From a bacterium (GTDB lineage Bacteria; Patescibacteriota; Minisyncoccia; Phycocordibacterales; Phycocordibacteraceae), in NCBI GenBank assembly GCA_023269085.1, contig JAHFML010000001.1, positions 190,356-254,355 on the forward strand: DNA of 64,000 nt. The letters run 5' to 3'. The translations under genes and the position numbers were made by a program. Numbering within the stretch: position 1 is the stretch's first letter; each line of letters begins with the position of its first letter. The notes beneath the pieces were generated by a model. That model did not search any database. It was not told the origin of the DNA and worked only from the letters and a program-made list of their open reading frames with translations. Below, piece after piece: positions 1 through 9,392 of this stretch.

Positions 1-143
1 ATGCCACCAATCCGTAGAAGAGATTCTGGAACGCTTGATTGAGCGTGTCCGCCCATGTAGTGAATACCATAAAGTAATTGTTTGCGGTTAGTAATGCGCA
101 CACCCATGCTCTAGCTAGGGCGTCTGTGGAAAGTATACCATTT

Positions 144-755
144 CTAGACCCCTATTTTGTCCATCAAGACGCGGTGGGGATAGTCGAAAATGTCGCGCAA
201 AAGGCGATCATAGACCCCGAGACGGTAGCGGAAGTCGGCCGTCGGGAAGGAGGCGTAGCGGATCTCGCGCCCGAGCTCGGCCTCGAGCGAGCGGATAGCG
301 TTCGCGAGCGCGCGCTCGTCGAGCGCATCGCCGACAATAAGAATATCGGCGGGCGTCTCCTGCTCGCTCATGAAGATCCCCGTGAGCGCGACGAAGCGCA
401 AGGACCCCGCGCGCTTCAGGAGCGCGAGGATGTCGGCGGGGCGGATGTTCGTTGTGTCGCGAATGAAGGCGTCGAGCGCGGCGAGATGCTCGAAGCGCGG
501 GTTGACCTGATACTTCGCGGCCGCGCGTGCGCCCTTCTTGCGCAGGAGGTCGGCGGCAAGGAGATCAGAGAGCTCGGCCTTGACCGCGTCGCTCGAGAGC
601 TTCGCGCGTGCGGCTATGTCGGCGAGCGTGAAGCCAGTGGTCTGATTATAGAGGAAGAGCCGGAGCATCTTGAGGCGTGCCGGCGTGCCGAATATCTTGG
701 CGAGGGGTTCCATAGGGGATGCCGGTAGTGTAGACGAGGGCGGGGCGAAATGCAA
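144..755 (-). CDS. hypothetical protein with winged-helix-like segment (possible transcriptional regulator)
   Basis: 203-aa ORF with balanced composition; segment GFTLADIAARAKLSSDAVKAELSDLLAADLL looks wHTH-like; the overlapping + strand ORF 78..728 is Arg/Glu/Gly-rich antisense-type. Confidence 0.4.
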   Translation of the reverse strand: MHFAPPSSTLPASPMEPLAKIFGTPARLKMLRLFLYNQTTGFTLADIAARAKLSSDAVKAELSDLLAADLLRKKGARAAAKYQVNPRFEHLAALDAFIRDTTNIRPADILALLKRAGSLRFVALTGIFMSEQETPADILIVGDALDERALANAIRSLEAELGREIRYASFPTADFRYRLGVYDRLLRDIFDYPHRVLMDKIGV

Positions 756-792
756 AGCGCGGCGCCGTAGGCGCCGCGCTTTGCATTTTTTG
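748..792. terminator. GC-rich hairpin (GCAAAGCGCGGCGCC-GTAG-GGCGCCGCGCTTTGC) flanked by A-run and T-run; likely bidirectional terminator downstream of rplL
   Basis: perfect inverted repeat with T-tract seen in sequence; a near-identical hairpin recurs at ~20243. Confidence 0.45.
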
Positions 793-813
793 AGTAAGGT
801 CGGACCTTACTCA
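791..813. repeat. REP-like palindrome TGAGTAAGGTCGGACCTTACTCA (copy 1 of 4)
   Basis: same 21-23 bp palindrome at ~8736, ~9353, ~13149, each just past the stop of a minus-strand gene. Confidence 0.6.
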
Positions 814-835
814 GCAAACAAATCGTAAGAACGAT

Positions 836-1201
836 TTATTTGAGGGTGACCTTCGCACCGGCATCCGTGAGCTTCTTGGCGAGCTCAGCGGCATCCTCCT
901 TCTTCATGCCCTGCTTGAGCATCGAAGGTGCGGCGTCGACGAGGTCCTTCGCCTCCTTGAGCCCGAGGGCGAGCGCCTCCTTGACCACCTTGATAACGGC
1001 GATCTTGGTCGCACCTGCCTCCGTCAATTCGACGTCGGCGGTCGACTTGGTCTCCTCTTCGGCGGCACCAGTGGCGGCCGGGCCAGCGGCTGCAACTGCC
1101 GTCGCCGAGACGCCCCACTTCTCTTCGATCGCCTTCACGAGCGTATTCAGCTCGAGCACGGTCATCTTCTCGACCGCCTCGATTATCTGTTCTTGAGTCA
1201 T
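836..1201 (-). CDS. rplL: 50S ribosomal protein L7/L12
   Basis: 121 aa; N-terminal dimerisation region, Ala-rich hinge, C-terminal KVTLK-type domain; sits downstream of rplJ. Confidence 0.95.
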   Translation of the reverse strand: MTQEQIIEAVEKMTVLELNTLVKAIEEKWGVSATAVAAAGPAATGAAEEETKSTADVELTEAGATKIAVIKVVKEALALGLKEAKDLVDAAPSMLKQGMKKEDAAELAKKLTDAGAKVTLK

Positions 1202-1692
1202 GCTGTTTTCGTTTTAGCTACCTCCGCAAGCGCGATAGCGAATCGGCTCCGAGGTGAGTTGATAATAGTAGCGAACATGCCGCGCAAGACGGGCATCGGC
1301 GGGATAGTCGCAATTGCGACCGTTTGCCCCGCATCGATGAACGCCTGTTCGAAGACGCCACCGAGGAGCGTCAGTGCCCCCTTCAGCTTCTTGCCGAATT
1401 CGTACACACCGCGCGAGGGCGCCGTGACGTCCGTGGTTGTCCATGCGACGGCGACTTCACCCGGGAGCTCGGGGACCGAGCCCGCATAGGCACCCTTCTC
1501 GAGCGCCTTCTTGATAAGCGTCTTCTTCGCGACGAAGAACTGCACGCCCGCGCTGGCGAGCTCTTTGCGCATCTTCGACGATTGCGCGACGGTCAGCCGG
1601 GTGAAGCCGACGAACGCAATCGACGACGCTTCGCTAAAAGCGCTTTCGAGCTTCGCGATGATAGCGCGCTTCTTGTCTTTTGATATTGCCAT
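1198..1692 (-). CDS. rplJ: 50S ribosomal protein L10
   Basis: start taken at internal [16 protein letters not shown]; L10-like sequence; ATGA overlap with rplL. Confidence 0.9.
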   Translation of the reverse strand: MAISKDKKRAIIAKLESAFSEASSIAFVGFTRLTVAQSSKMRKELASAGVQFFVAKKTLIKKALEKGAYAGSVPELPGEVAVAWTTTDVTAPSRGVYEFGKKLKGALTLLGGVFEQAFIDAGQTVAIATIPPMPVLRGMFATIINSPRSRFAIALAEVAKTKTA

Positions 1693-1850
1693 ACGATTTA
1701 TTTCGTACGAACGAAATGAAGGAGATGGATCGACCCGCGATGATTCGCGTTGTCTCCTGCGTAGGGAATTAAGGCTTTCGCCTCCTACGGTCTTCGGTTC
1801 GTACTCTCGCACTCTACCAGAATTGCGCCGCGGCGCAACGTGGGACACGG
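1693..1850 (-). promoter_or_regulatory. putative rplJ (L10) leader / autoregulatory 5' UTR
   Basis: ~160-nt untranslated region upstream of rplJ with local hairpins (TTCGTACGAA palindrome); by analogy to the L10(L12)4 leader. Confidence 0.3.
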
Positions 1851-1996
1851 ATGTCCAAGGTTACTGCCCTGCGGCGGCAGAGGCGAAGTGGAGCGCGACG
1901 AGCGCGAGTGTGAGGATGACGACGAAGCCCGTCACGAACTTCACGAATTCGATGAGGAACGGGAGCATACGCCGTTCGGCCGTGCGCCGCGCTTCT

Positions 1997-4075
1997 TTAG
2001 TGCTGGGATTGTTCATAGGTTTTTATTTTTTCAAGATCACCTGCCGCCGCCGTGTTGCCGGGCTCGAGCCGCACGACTTCGGTCAAAAAGAATGCCGCAT
2101 TGGGGAGATCGCGCACCGTCTCATAATAGACCGCCGCGCGCTTCGCGGTCTCGAGGTCGCTCACATAGGCCGCCTTCCCTTTTGCCGCAGTCGTGGCGGC
2201 AGTCGCGGCATCTCCCGAAGCATATTCGAGCTGCGCCAAGACAAAATAAGGCTGGGCGAGCTTGGGCACGAGGCTGATGTACTTTGTGAGGATGTCATGC
2301 GCGGCAGCGTAGCCCGCCGCACGTTCGGGCGACTTCGCCGGGTACGCATTCGCCTGGCTTATCGAGAGATTCGCGAGCACATACCATGACTGATACCGTT
2401 TCGGCGAGAGGATGATAGCTCGCTCGAGCGCGGACGAGAGCACACCCTCGTCGATCGAGACGCCGCTCGGCGCAATCGAGAGAATCTGCGCGAGATAGAG
2501 CGCCGTGCGCGCGTCATACGGATAGCGATTGAAATTGTTGGTGAGGATCGAGCGCGCCGCTTGGTACGCGTTGACCTTCGCGGCCCCGGTGAGCGCGGCA
2601 TTCTGCACATTCGTATACATGTCATACGCCTCATAGCCATATTCGACATCAGCATAGGTTAGGAGCGCAACGCCGTGTGAGAGGTCGCTCACTTCCTTTG
2701 TTGGGTCAGTAAGCTGATATTTGTAGGCTTCCATCAAATCAGCGGCAGCAAGAGCAGGGCGGATGCTCGTCGTACCAATGAAAGTCAAAAGCATAAGCGC
2801 GACAAGATAGGAGAGGCCGCGCGTCCACAAGGGGAACGAGAGCGCTTCGGGCGCAACACTCTTTTGCGAGTGGGCAAGCAGAGCGGCAAGCACCGCGAGC
2901 AAGAGCCAGAAGGACGAAATAGTGTCGAAGACGAAGAAGTTCTGCACGGCGTAGGTAAGCGCAAGCAGGCCGATAAGAAGTGCACGCGACCGATCACCGC
3001 GGCGCGCTTCGCGCGCCGCGATATTGAAGAAGCTCCCAATAAGCGCAAGATAGAGCAAGAGCCCGCCGACGCCATACTGCGCCGCATAGTCGATGAAGGC
3101 GTTGTGCGAACGATCGAACCATTGCTCGCTAATTTGCATCGGATCGTAGAAGCGATTGAAGAGCACGTCGATGTGCTCGGCACCGATGCCAAGGAGCGAC
3201 GCCTTCTGTATCTCGCTCAGCATGTTCTTCCAAATGAAGAGGCGGCTCGCGACATCCGGATCGGCAGTCGAGATGGTCGCGATGCGCGCGATGGGCTCAA
3301 AGGGCACTTTCGCAAGCTCGGCGCGAAGAGCGAAAAAAGATGCGCCAAGAATAATAAGCAGACCGAGCGCGACCTGCGCTGCCTTTGATTTTTTGAATGA
3401 AAAATACGCGAGCGATGCGACAAGAGCGAGACCGAGTGCGAGGATAGTGCCGCGCGTCGCCGAGAGGATGACAGCGATGACTTGCAGAGCCGCGCCGCCA
3501 AGGGCGGCGCGCCGCCACCAGCCCGAGAGCCCCGCGGCCGCGAGCAGGGTCGCAAAGAGCGCAACGCCGAGATACCCAGCGAAGAAGGCGGCATTCCCGA
3601 GCAGGCCGCCGATGCGGCCGCCACTCATGAGCCACTCACCGACGCCAGACAGCGCGACGAAGCTCGCGACAACCGCGACCGCACGAAATAATCGTTGATA
3701 AAACTTTTCATCGGCCGAGAGAAGAATGAGATAGAAGCTCGCGACCGCGCAGGTGAGCATGAGCAAGCCGTCGCCGCGCACGAAGAGGCTCCAGAAGCTT
3801 CGATAGAAGTCGATGCCGCGCCAGCTCGCGACATAGGCAAGCACGAGGAGAGCGCCCGGCACCCACGCTTCCCACTGCGCGAGGCGCGTCCAAAAGAACT
3901 TTTTCCCGTGCGTGACAAGAATCACGAATACGGCAATAGCGAGAAGCGTGAGCGCGTAGAAAAGGAGCGTCTTCGGGACGAGGTACGGATAGATGAAGCC
4001 GCCCCAGATGACGACCGGCAAGATGACTGGCGCGATGAGGAGCCACGAGAAGGCGCGATCGAGAATCTTCATCAT
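1997..4075 (-). CDS. O-antigen ligase (Wzy_C) domain membrane protein fused to C-terminal TPR repeats
   Basis: ~12 TM helices; O-antigen-ligase-like motif ATRGTILAL...HNAFIDYAAQYGVGGLLLY; C-terminal ~280 aa TPR-like. Confidence 0.65.
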   Translation of the reverse strand: MMKILDRAFSWLLIAPVILPVVIWGGFIYPYLVPKTLLFYALTLLAIAVFVILVTHGKKFFWTRLAQWEAWVPGALLVLAYVASWRGIDFYRSFWSLFVRGDGLLMLTCAVASFYLILLSADEKFYQRLFRAVAVVASFVALSGVGEWLMSGGRIGGLLGNAAFFAGYLGVALFATLLAAAGLSGWWRRAALGGAALQVIAVILSATRGTILALGLALVASLAYFSFKKSKAAQVALGLLIILGASFFALRAELAKVPFEPIARIATISTADPDVASRLFIWKNMLSEIQKASLLGIGAEHIDVLFNRFYDPMQISEQWFDRSHNAFIDYAAQYGVGGLLLYLALIGSFFNIAAREARRGDRSRALLIGLLALTYAVQNFFVFDTISSFWLLLAVLAALLAHSQKSVAPEALSFPLWTRGLSYLVALMLLTFIGTTSIRPALAAADLMEAYKYQLTDPTKEVSDLSHGVALLTYADVEYGYEAYDMYTNVQNAALTGAAKVNAYQAARSILTNNFNRYPYDARTALYLAQILSIAPSGVSIDEGVLSSALERAIILSPKRYQSWYVLANLSISQANAYPAKSPERAAGYAAAHDILTKYISLVPKLAQPYFVLAQLEYASGDAATAATTAAKGKAAYVSDLETAKRAAVYYETVRDLPNAAFFLTEVVRLEPGNTAAAGDLEKIKTYEQSQH

Positions 4076-4869
4076 TTTGCTTTCAGGCGTGCTATCTCGG
4101 CATCAATCGCCGCCCTGTTCTGCTCCGGCGAGAGCGTCTCCACCGTCTGCCACGCCTTAATAGCGTCTGCGTAGCGCCCTTGGCTCGCGAGCCAACGCGC
4201 CTCGATAGTGAGGATAGCCGGCGTGTCGCCAAATTGCTTCGACGCATCCGCAAATGCGGCAGTAAGGCGCGAAGAGTCCTTGGGGAACTGCCGCATGAGA
4301 TATGTCAGGCGTTCGATATGATATTCGAGTATGCCCTGCTCGACCGCGACGGCTTTGGTGTAGGCATCGGCGGCCGTCTCGTAGGCACCGAGCTGGTCCA
4401 TGAGGTGCGCGAGGTTCGCGTAGGCGAGGCCTTTATTCGGATGCACGGCTATCGCAAGATTGTAATAGTGGTAGGCCATCTGCCCGTCGCCGAGCGAGCT
4501 GTAATCATTGGCGAGACCATTGTAGAGATCGTAGTCGTCATACTTCCCTCCCCCGACAAGGCCGGTCAGGTGCGCGATGTCGGCGTTCGCTTGTGCGATG
4601 AGTGTCGCGTTGCCGGCATACGAACCTTTGAAGCTCCACGTAAAAGTCGTGTCGGCCGAATTGACCGGGAACGACTTTGGCGCCGCCTCGTTTGTCGCTT
4701 GTGCTGCTTGTGCCGACACCGTGCTCGTCGCGGCAGTAGTCGTCGAAGTCGCGACTGAGAGGTCCGACGGCATCGGCGCCTTCGCGCGGTGCGTCCAGCC
4801 GAAAGCAACTCCTATCGCCACAACGAACCCGATACCGATTATTACCCAATGTCTCGTGGTTATCTGCAT
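4072..4869 (-). CDS. membrane-anchored TPR repeat protein
   Basis: N-terminal TM helix, Thr/Ala-rich linker, TPR-like repeats (YYNLAIA..., AYANLAHLMDQLG...). Confidence 0.5.
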   Translation of the reverse strand: MQITTRHWVIIGIGFVVAIGVAFGWTHRAKAPMPSDLSVATSTTTAATSTVSAQAAQATNEAAPKSFPVNSADTTFTWSFKGSYAGNATLIAQANADIAHLTGLVGGGKYDDYDLYNGLANDYSSLGDGQMAYHYYNLAIAVHPNKGLAYANLAHLMDQLGAYETAADAYTKAVAVEQGILEYHIERLTYLMRQFPKDSSRLTAAFADASKQFGDTPAILTIEARWLASQGRYADAIKAWQTVETLSPEQNRAAIDAEIARLKAK

Positions 4870-4916
4870 ATGCCCTCAGGATACCACAAAACCTTATCTT
4901 CGTTCCCCGGTGAAAA

Positions 4917-5366
4917 TCAGACGTTCACCGCCTTGGGAGAGTCCGACCTTCCCAAGAATCGTGCGGCGATGAATTTGTAAATGACGAGGATCGCGCTGAT
5001 GACGGTGAAGACTCCACCCATGAGGCGGGCGGCATCGTCACGATAGAAGCTGGAGAAGTTCAGCCCGATACCGCTCCAGCTCACCGGTGTCGTCGCGATA
5101 TATAAGAAGGCGAGCGGCAGAGCCCACACCGCGAACCGTAGCCACGACTTGAAGATCTCACGCGGGACGAAAATGAGGATGATGGTGATGGGGAGAATGT
5201 AGAGGGCGAAATAATAAAGTGGTTTGGTGATATCCAATGCTATTTGGTGTATCCATGTACCGTAGCAAGAAGAAACGGAGTTTATGCACCAAAGACTAAA
5301 ATATCGGAACCCTATAACAAGAAGAACGAGTACAGCCGGCACATATTGCATCATTCTTGATTTCAT
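4917..5366 (-). CDS. small polytopic membrane protein, paralog A
   Basis: 149 aa; C-terminal ~100 aa nearly identical to 5451..5894. Confidence 0.5.
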   Translation of the reverse strand: MKSRMMQYVPAVLVLLVIGFRYFSLWCINSVSSCYGTWIHQIALDITKPLYYFALYILPITIILIFVPREIFKSWLRFAVWALPLAFLYIATTPVSWSGIGLNFSSFYRDDAARLMGGVFTVISAILVIYKFIAARFLGRSDSPKAVNV

Positions 5367-5450
5367 ATTTTAGAAAAAGTTTATGAGAGCGACCCAGAGC
5401 CTATGCAGATTAGTATAAACCCCGCTCGCCACATTCTAATTTGTAGACAC

Positions 5451-5894
5451 CTAGTGTCCTACACTCCGGCGGGCGCGGGCGGCGATGAATTTGTAAATGA
5501 CGAGGAACGCGCTCACGACCGAGAAGACTCCGCCCATGAGGCGCGCGGCATCGTCGCGGTAGAAGCTGGAAAAGTTCAGCCCGATACCGCTCCAGCTCAC
5601 CGGTGTCGTCGCGATATACAGGAAGGCGAGCGGCAGTGCCCACACGGCGAACTTGAGCCACGATTTGAAGATCTCGCGCGGGACGAAAATGAGGATGATG
5701 GTGATGGGGAGAATGTAGAGGGCGAAATTGTAAAGAGGGTACCCTATGCCTTTTATACTATCGTCTAAACAACCCGTATGGTTGCTAAATTGATACATCG
5801 TACTGCATATATGAAAGGCGAGAGGATTACTCAGTACATAGCCAATCAAAGTAGCAAGCAAAACAACGGCTACCGGAAATATTCTTGATTTCAT
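5451..5894 (-). CDS. small polytopic membrane protein, paralog B
   Basis: 147 aa; tandem paralog of 4917..5366. Confidence 0.5.
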   Translation of the reverse strand: MKSRIFPVAVVLLATLIGYVLSNPLAFHICSTMYQFSNHTGCLDDSIKGIGYPLYNFALYILPITIILIFVPREIFKSWLKFAVWALPLAFLYIATTPVSWSGIGLNFSSFYRDDAARLMGGVFSVVSAFLVIYKFIAARARRSVGH

Positions 5895-5897
5895 AAT

Positions 5898-8705
5898 TTA
5901 GAAAAAGTTTACGAGAGCGACCCAGAGCCTATGTAGACCAGTATAAACCCCGCTCGCCAGATTATTGAGGATCGACGGTGGAGAAGATACGGCGACGGCG
6001 GCCAACTGCGGTGCTGATTGCGGCGTATTGACTTGCACTTTCTTCGCGACCGACGAGGTGCGTGCGTTATGCGGCGACGAAACAACCCCCATAGCTCGAG
6101 TCGTCGTTGCACTGCTCGCTGTTGTCGACGCTGGAGTTGCGAGCACCGTCACACTCGTACTCGCGACCGATTGGCGCACCACGGGTATCGAGATACTCCC
6201 CGCCGAGGCGACTTGTCGCTTCTCTACTGGGGCTGGCGCGGGTGGCGTATAACTCACCGTCTCGCCACTCTTGAACGCAACCGTAAACGTCTTCCCGTCG
6301 CCCTGCTCGTCGACCGTGAGCGGCGAAGCGGTGTCGACACCACCCGACACCGAGAGGCTCGCGAGCGTGCTCGATGTCGTGGGCACATCGGCGATAGTGC
6401 TCGTGGTGACAACCGTGCCACCCAAGCTCTCCTGCATATCGAGCGAGAAGGTGCCGGCCGCTTGGCCGTGCAGAGTGAGGCTGTAGCTGTTTCCCTCCGG
6501 GACGGTGACATACTTCACCTCGCCGAATTCGGCATAGCTCGACCCGGGGATACCCTCAGCAATCGAACCGTCGCTCGCTATGCCGGTCACATTCCCCGAT
6601 GCGTCACTAATCTGGAGCGTGAGCGGCGAATGGAGGAAGAAGGTGAGCTTCTTGGCACTAGAGGTTATTGGTGCCGTAGTAGAAATAGATTGAGGTAGAG
6701 AACCATTATTGTTTGTGAGAATATTTTTTAGAAAATCTCTTAAGTCAGAATTCTCAAATATATTGCCGTGAGCTACCGAGGAATTGGCTAAATCCACCCA
6801 ATACCTCTTCACCTTCGCGCTCTTGGACATCGCGAGCGCGCTCGGGACCGGGACCGTGCCATCGCCGTCCTCGACGAGGATAGGGCGATACTTACGATCG
6901 GGCGCGCCGAGGCCGAGCCTGCTCGCGAGATTCTCTTGGGTATAGAAGTCGATGCCGGCGACGGTCGTGTCCACGCCCCAGCCCGCTATCTGGTCGACCT
7001 CGATGCTCGCCGGCGGTACCCATGCGTCGAGCGTGTCGTGGGTGGCATTGGCGTAATCGACAAGCGATGCGTTCGCGATCTTCGGCGAGGCGAGATCCTT
7101 ATCGGCGGCTTGCGAGCGCCCGCCGTCTCTCGCGAGGATGAAGTCGTCGAGCGCTACGCGATTAGCGATGGTCGCACCATATGCCGCCCCCTCTTTGGCA
7201 TAGCCATCGCCCTCGAACTTCACGACCGGATGATCGGCGAGGCTCGGGAGTGTGCTCTCAAAATATTCTTCGGAGGGGAGCAGGTGGTAGGCCATCGGCG
7301 AATTCTGCGAGAGGGTGCGCGCCGCCTGATTCGAGATAATCTTAATTGAACCAAGAGGGACATTCTTGACCGAGATATTTTTATAAATGCCGGCGCCATA
7401 CCCCACCAAGAGCGACCCGACGTCTGATGGCGCGCCTGTCTGCGGCACCGCGACCATGATGACCTTGTCGACGAGGCTCGCCGCTTCGCTGTCGCCGAGC
7501 TCGTGGAGGAGCGCCTTCGCGACGAGGCCGCCGTTGCTGTGCGCTACGATAGTCACCTTCCCCGTTTTCGAGCTCGCGGCGAGCGCGCGAAGCGTCTGCT
7601 CGATATAGGGCGTGCTGGTCGCCTCTTCGTAGTAGATTTTGTTGTCGCGTTCGGTGCCCTTCGCGAGCAGGTCGTCGAGCGAGAGCCGCCAGTCATACGC
7701 GACCGGCTTCCAGTCGGCTATCGTGCCGCCTGCCTTCAAGCCTTGCATCTCCTCCATGACTGACTGGTAGAGATTGGTGCCCTGTACCGCATCGATGACG
7801 TCGCCGTCTTTGGTATAGATGTCCGCGCACTTGCTCTCGCCACTCACGTCGAGGCCGAGCTCGGCGACCTTTGCATCGCCCTTCTCGGCAACGACATTCC
7901 AACCCTCCGACCAGAACCCGTCATCGGTCGGGTCCCAGAGTTTCTCTTCTGCCGACTTGCCGCAACCAGTGCCCTCGTAGAGCCGACTGCCCTCGATCCC
8001 CGGCAAGAAGAGGACATTTGAGACACAGCCGCCCGCGGCGCAGGGGTCGGGCAGGGTGACGGTGAACGACACCATGCCGATGAAGTGATACACCGGATTG
8101 GTCCAACTCGAAGCACCACTTTCAAATTCGGCATGAAAATCACTGATTGGTGTCGGCGGGTTGCAGTCATCGGGAGTCAGACACATCGCGGCATAATCGC
8201 GAAGATTATCAGTGCCATACAAAACTGCCGAATAGGTACCCGGGGCGGAGAATGTAACGGTTGCGGCCGTCGTGAGCCGGGCGCTACTTGCGTTCAATTG
8301 TTCGCCCGAGACGAAGGTCGCATTGTGGAAAAGGTCGCCTTTATAGAAATCGAGATAGAAAGCGTTCGTGTATGTTTTGCTATCCGGCGTACCATCAAAC
8401 GCATCGGGAGTCGGCATATTGTAAATATGCTGATCCGTCCAATACGTAGACCAGTCGGCAAACCCGCCGGGCACGGGCAAAACGCTGACCGAGACCGGCA
8501 GGGTCGCGCCAACCGGCAATTCGATCGTACTACTAGCGACTATCGGGTGGCCATCGATAGCAAGCGTGAGATTGAGATCGGGTGCTGGCAGTGAAGGCGA
8601 CGAACCGATACCGCCGACTGTTTCTGCTTGCGCTGGCAGAACTGCGAATAACAACGAGGCGAACAGGACGAGAAAAAAGATTCGCGTGAGCCGGTTGGCT
8701 GACAT
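5898..8705 (-). CDS. large secreted alpha/beta-hydrolase, lipase/LCAT/PGAP1-like
   Basis: signal peptide MSANRLTRIFFLVLFASLLFAVLPAQA; lipase nucleophile motif VTIVAHSNGGLV (A-H-S-x-G); Thr/Ser-rich C-terminal region. Confidence 0.6.
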   Translation of the reverse strand: MSANRLTRIFFLVLFASLLFAVLPAQAETVGGIGSSPSLPAPDLNLTLAIDGHPIVASSTIELPVGATLPVSVSVLPVPGGFADWSTYWTDQHIYNMPTPDAFDGTPDSKTYTNAFYLDFYKGDLFHNATFVSGEQLNASSARLTTAATVTFSAPGTYSAVLYGTDNLRDYAAMCLTPDDCNPPTPISDFHAEFESGASSWTNPVYHFIGMVSFTVTLPDPCAAGGCVSNVLFLPGIEGSRLYEGTGCGKSAEEKLWDPTDDGFWSEGWNVVAEKGDAKVAELGLDVSGESKCADIYTKDGDVIDAVQGTNLYQSVMEEMQGLKAGGTIADWKPVAYDWRLSLDDLLAKGTERDNKIYYEEATSTPYIEQTLRALAASSKTGKVTIVAHSNGGLVAKALLHELGDSEAASLVDKVIMVAVPQTGAPSDVGSLLVGYGAGIYKNISVKNVPLGSIKIISNQAARTLSQNSPMAYHLLPSEEYFESTLPSLADHPVVKFEGDGYAKEGAAYGATIANRVALDDFILARDGGRSQAADKDLASPKIANASLVDYANATHDTLDAWVPPASIEVDQIAGWGVDTTVAGIDFYTQENLASRLGLGAPDRKYRPILVEDGDGTVPVPSALAMSKSAKVKRYWVDLANSSVAHGNIFENSDLRDFLKNILTNNNGSLPQSISTTAPITSSAKKLTFFLHSPLTLQISDASGNVTGIASDGSIAEGIPGSSYAEFGEVKYVTVPEGNSYSLTLHGQAAGTFSLDMQESLGGTVVTTSTIADVPTTSSTLASLSVSGGVDTASPLTVDEQGDGKTFTVAFKSGETVSYTPPAPAPVEKRQVASAGSISIPVVRQSVASTSVTVLATPASTTASSATTTRAMGVVSSPHNARTSSVAKKVQVNTPQSAPQLAAVAVSSPPSILNNLASGVYTGLHRLWVALVNFF

Positions 8706-8735
8706 TGCCACCACTATACACCCTACGTGCAACCT

Positions 8736-8757
8736 TGAGTAAGGTTCGACCTTACTC
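8736..8757. repeat. REP-like palindrome (copy 2) followed by CCTAAGAATTCACTGCT companion motif
   Basis: TGAGTAAGGTTCGACCTTACTC plus a 17-nt motif shared with ~9337. Confidence 0.55.
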
Positions 8758-8780
8758 CTAAGAATTCACTGCTATGTTTT

Positions 8781-9020
8781 TTATGCGAGCATCGGCGTTC
8801 CGCTGATAATCGAAACCGGGACGCTCATTCCTACGCTCCCCTTAAGTACATCCGCGAAATCTTCGCGCGCCGACGCGTTCAATATCTCGAAACCGAGAAT
8901 ATTGTCCTGCGCATCTTTATCGACGTATATTGTATCGTCAAGCTTCGCGCTCTGCGCGATTGCACCATTGGATATCCGCATATACACCGCGTCGGCAACC
9001 TTGTCGTATGTTATTTTCAT
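8781..9020 (-). CDS. DUF2283-family protein (antitoxin-like partner)
   Basis: 79 aa; MKITYDKVADAVYMRIS... matches DUF2283; 4-nt overlap with upstream DUF4258 gene. Confidence 0.6.
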   Translation of the reverse strand: MKITYDKVADAVYMRISNGAIAQSAKLDDTIYVDKDAQDNILGFEILNASAREDFADVLKGSVGMSVPVSIISGTPMLA

Positions 9021-9259
9021 GGTTTTAGATATATAGCGGTGATGATAATGATATCATTCGTATCACGAAATCCATCTTTGAAGTATACAACCTCTAATAC
9101 CCTCTTCTCGTCTATTTTCTTTCGAACTAGCACCCTACCCTGAAAAACTACTTTCTGCAAATCAGGTTCGTTGATGGCCTTTTTTATATGCTCTATCTGG
9201 AGAGAACGTTCTGCGATGCGTTCTTGGCAGTGCGGCGGGAACTTGATGCGAAGCGGCAT
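9017..9259 (-). CDS. DUF4258-family protein (toxin-like partner)
   Basis: 80 aa; gene pair layout typical of DUF4258/DUF2283 modules. Confidence 0.55.
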   Translation of the reverse strand: MPLRIKFPPHCQERIAERSLQIEHIKKAINEPDLQKVVFQGRVLVRKKIDEKRVLEVVYFKDGFRDTNDIIIITAIYLKP

Positions 9260-9304
9260 GAGTACATAATAGCATTTTCATAATTGAACAAGATGATAGC
9301 AAAC

Positions 9305-9334
9305 AAAAAACCACCCCGAGGGGTGGTTTTTTGT
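9305..9334. terminator. bidirectional rho-independent terminator (CCACCCCGAGGGGTGG hairpin between A-run and T-run)
   Basis: seen in sequence just downstream of the 9393..12758 gene. Confidence 0.6.
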
Positions 9335-9352
9335 TTCCTAAGAATTCACTGC

Positions 9353-9375
9353 TGAGTAAGGTCGAACCTTACTCA
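9353..9375. repeat. REP-like palindrome (copy 3)
   Basis: TGAGTAAGGTCGAACCTTACTCA. Confidence 0.55.
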
Positions 9376-9392
9376 CGGACAGACTACTTACC

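Larger units (their letters stand above)
4917..5960. repeat. tandem duplication (two ~530-bp units), each a small membrane-protein gene plus its upstream TATACT promoter-like region
   Basis: 5367-5430 matches 5897-5960; gene bodies near-identical from YxxALYILPITIILIFVPREIFKSWL onward. Confidence 0.7.

Noticed and set aside
78-728. 216-aa + strand ORF
   Set aside because: Arg/Glu/Gly/Ala-rich composition typical of antisense reading in high-GC DNA. The opposite-strand ORF has natural composition and an HTH-like segment.
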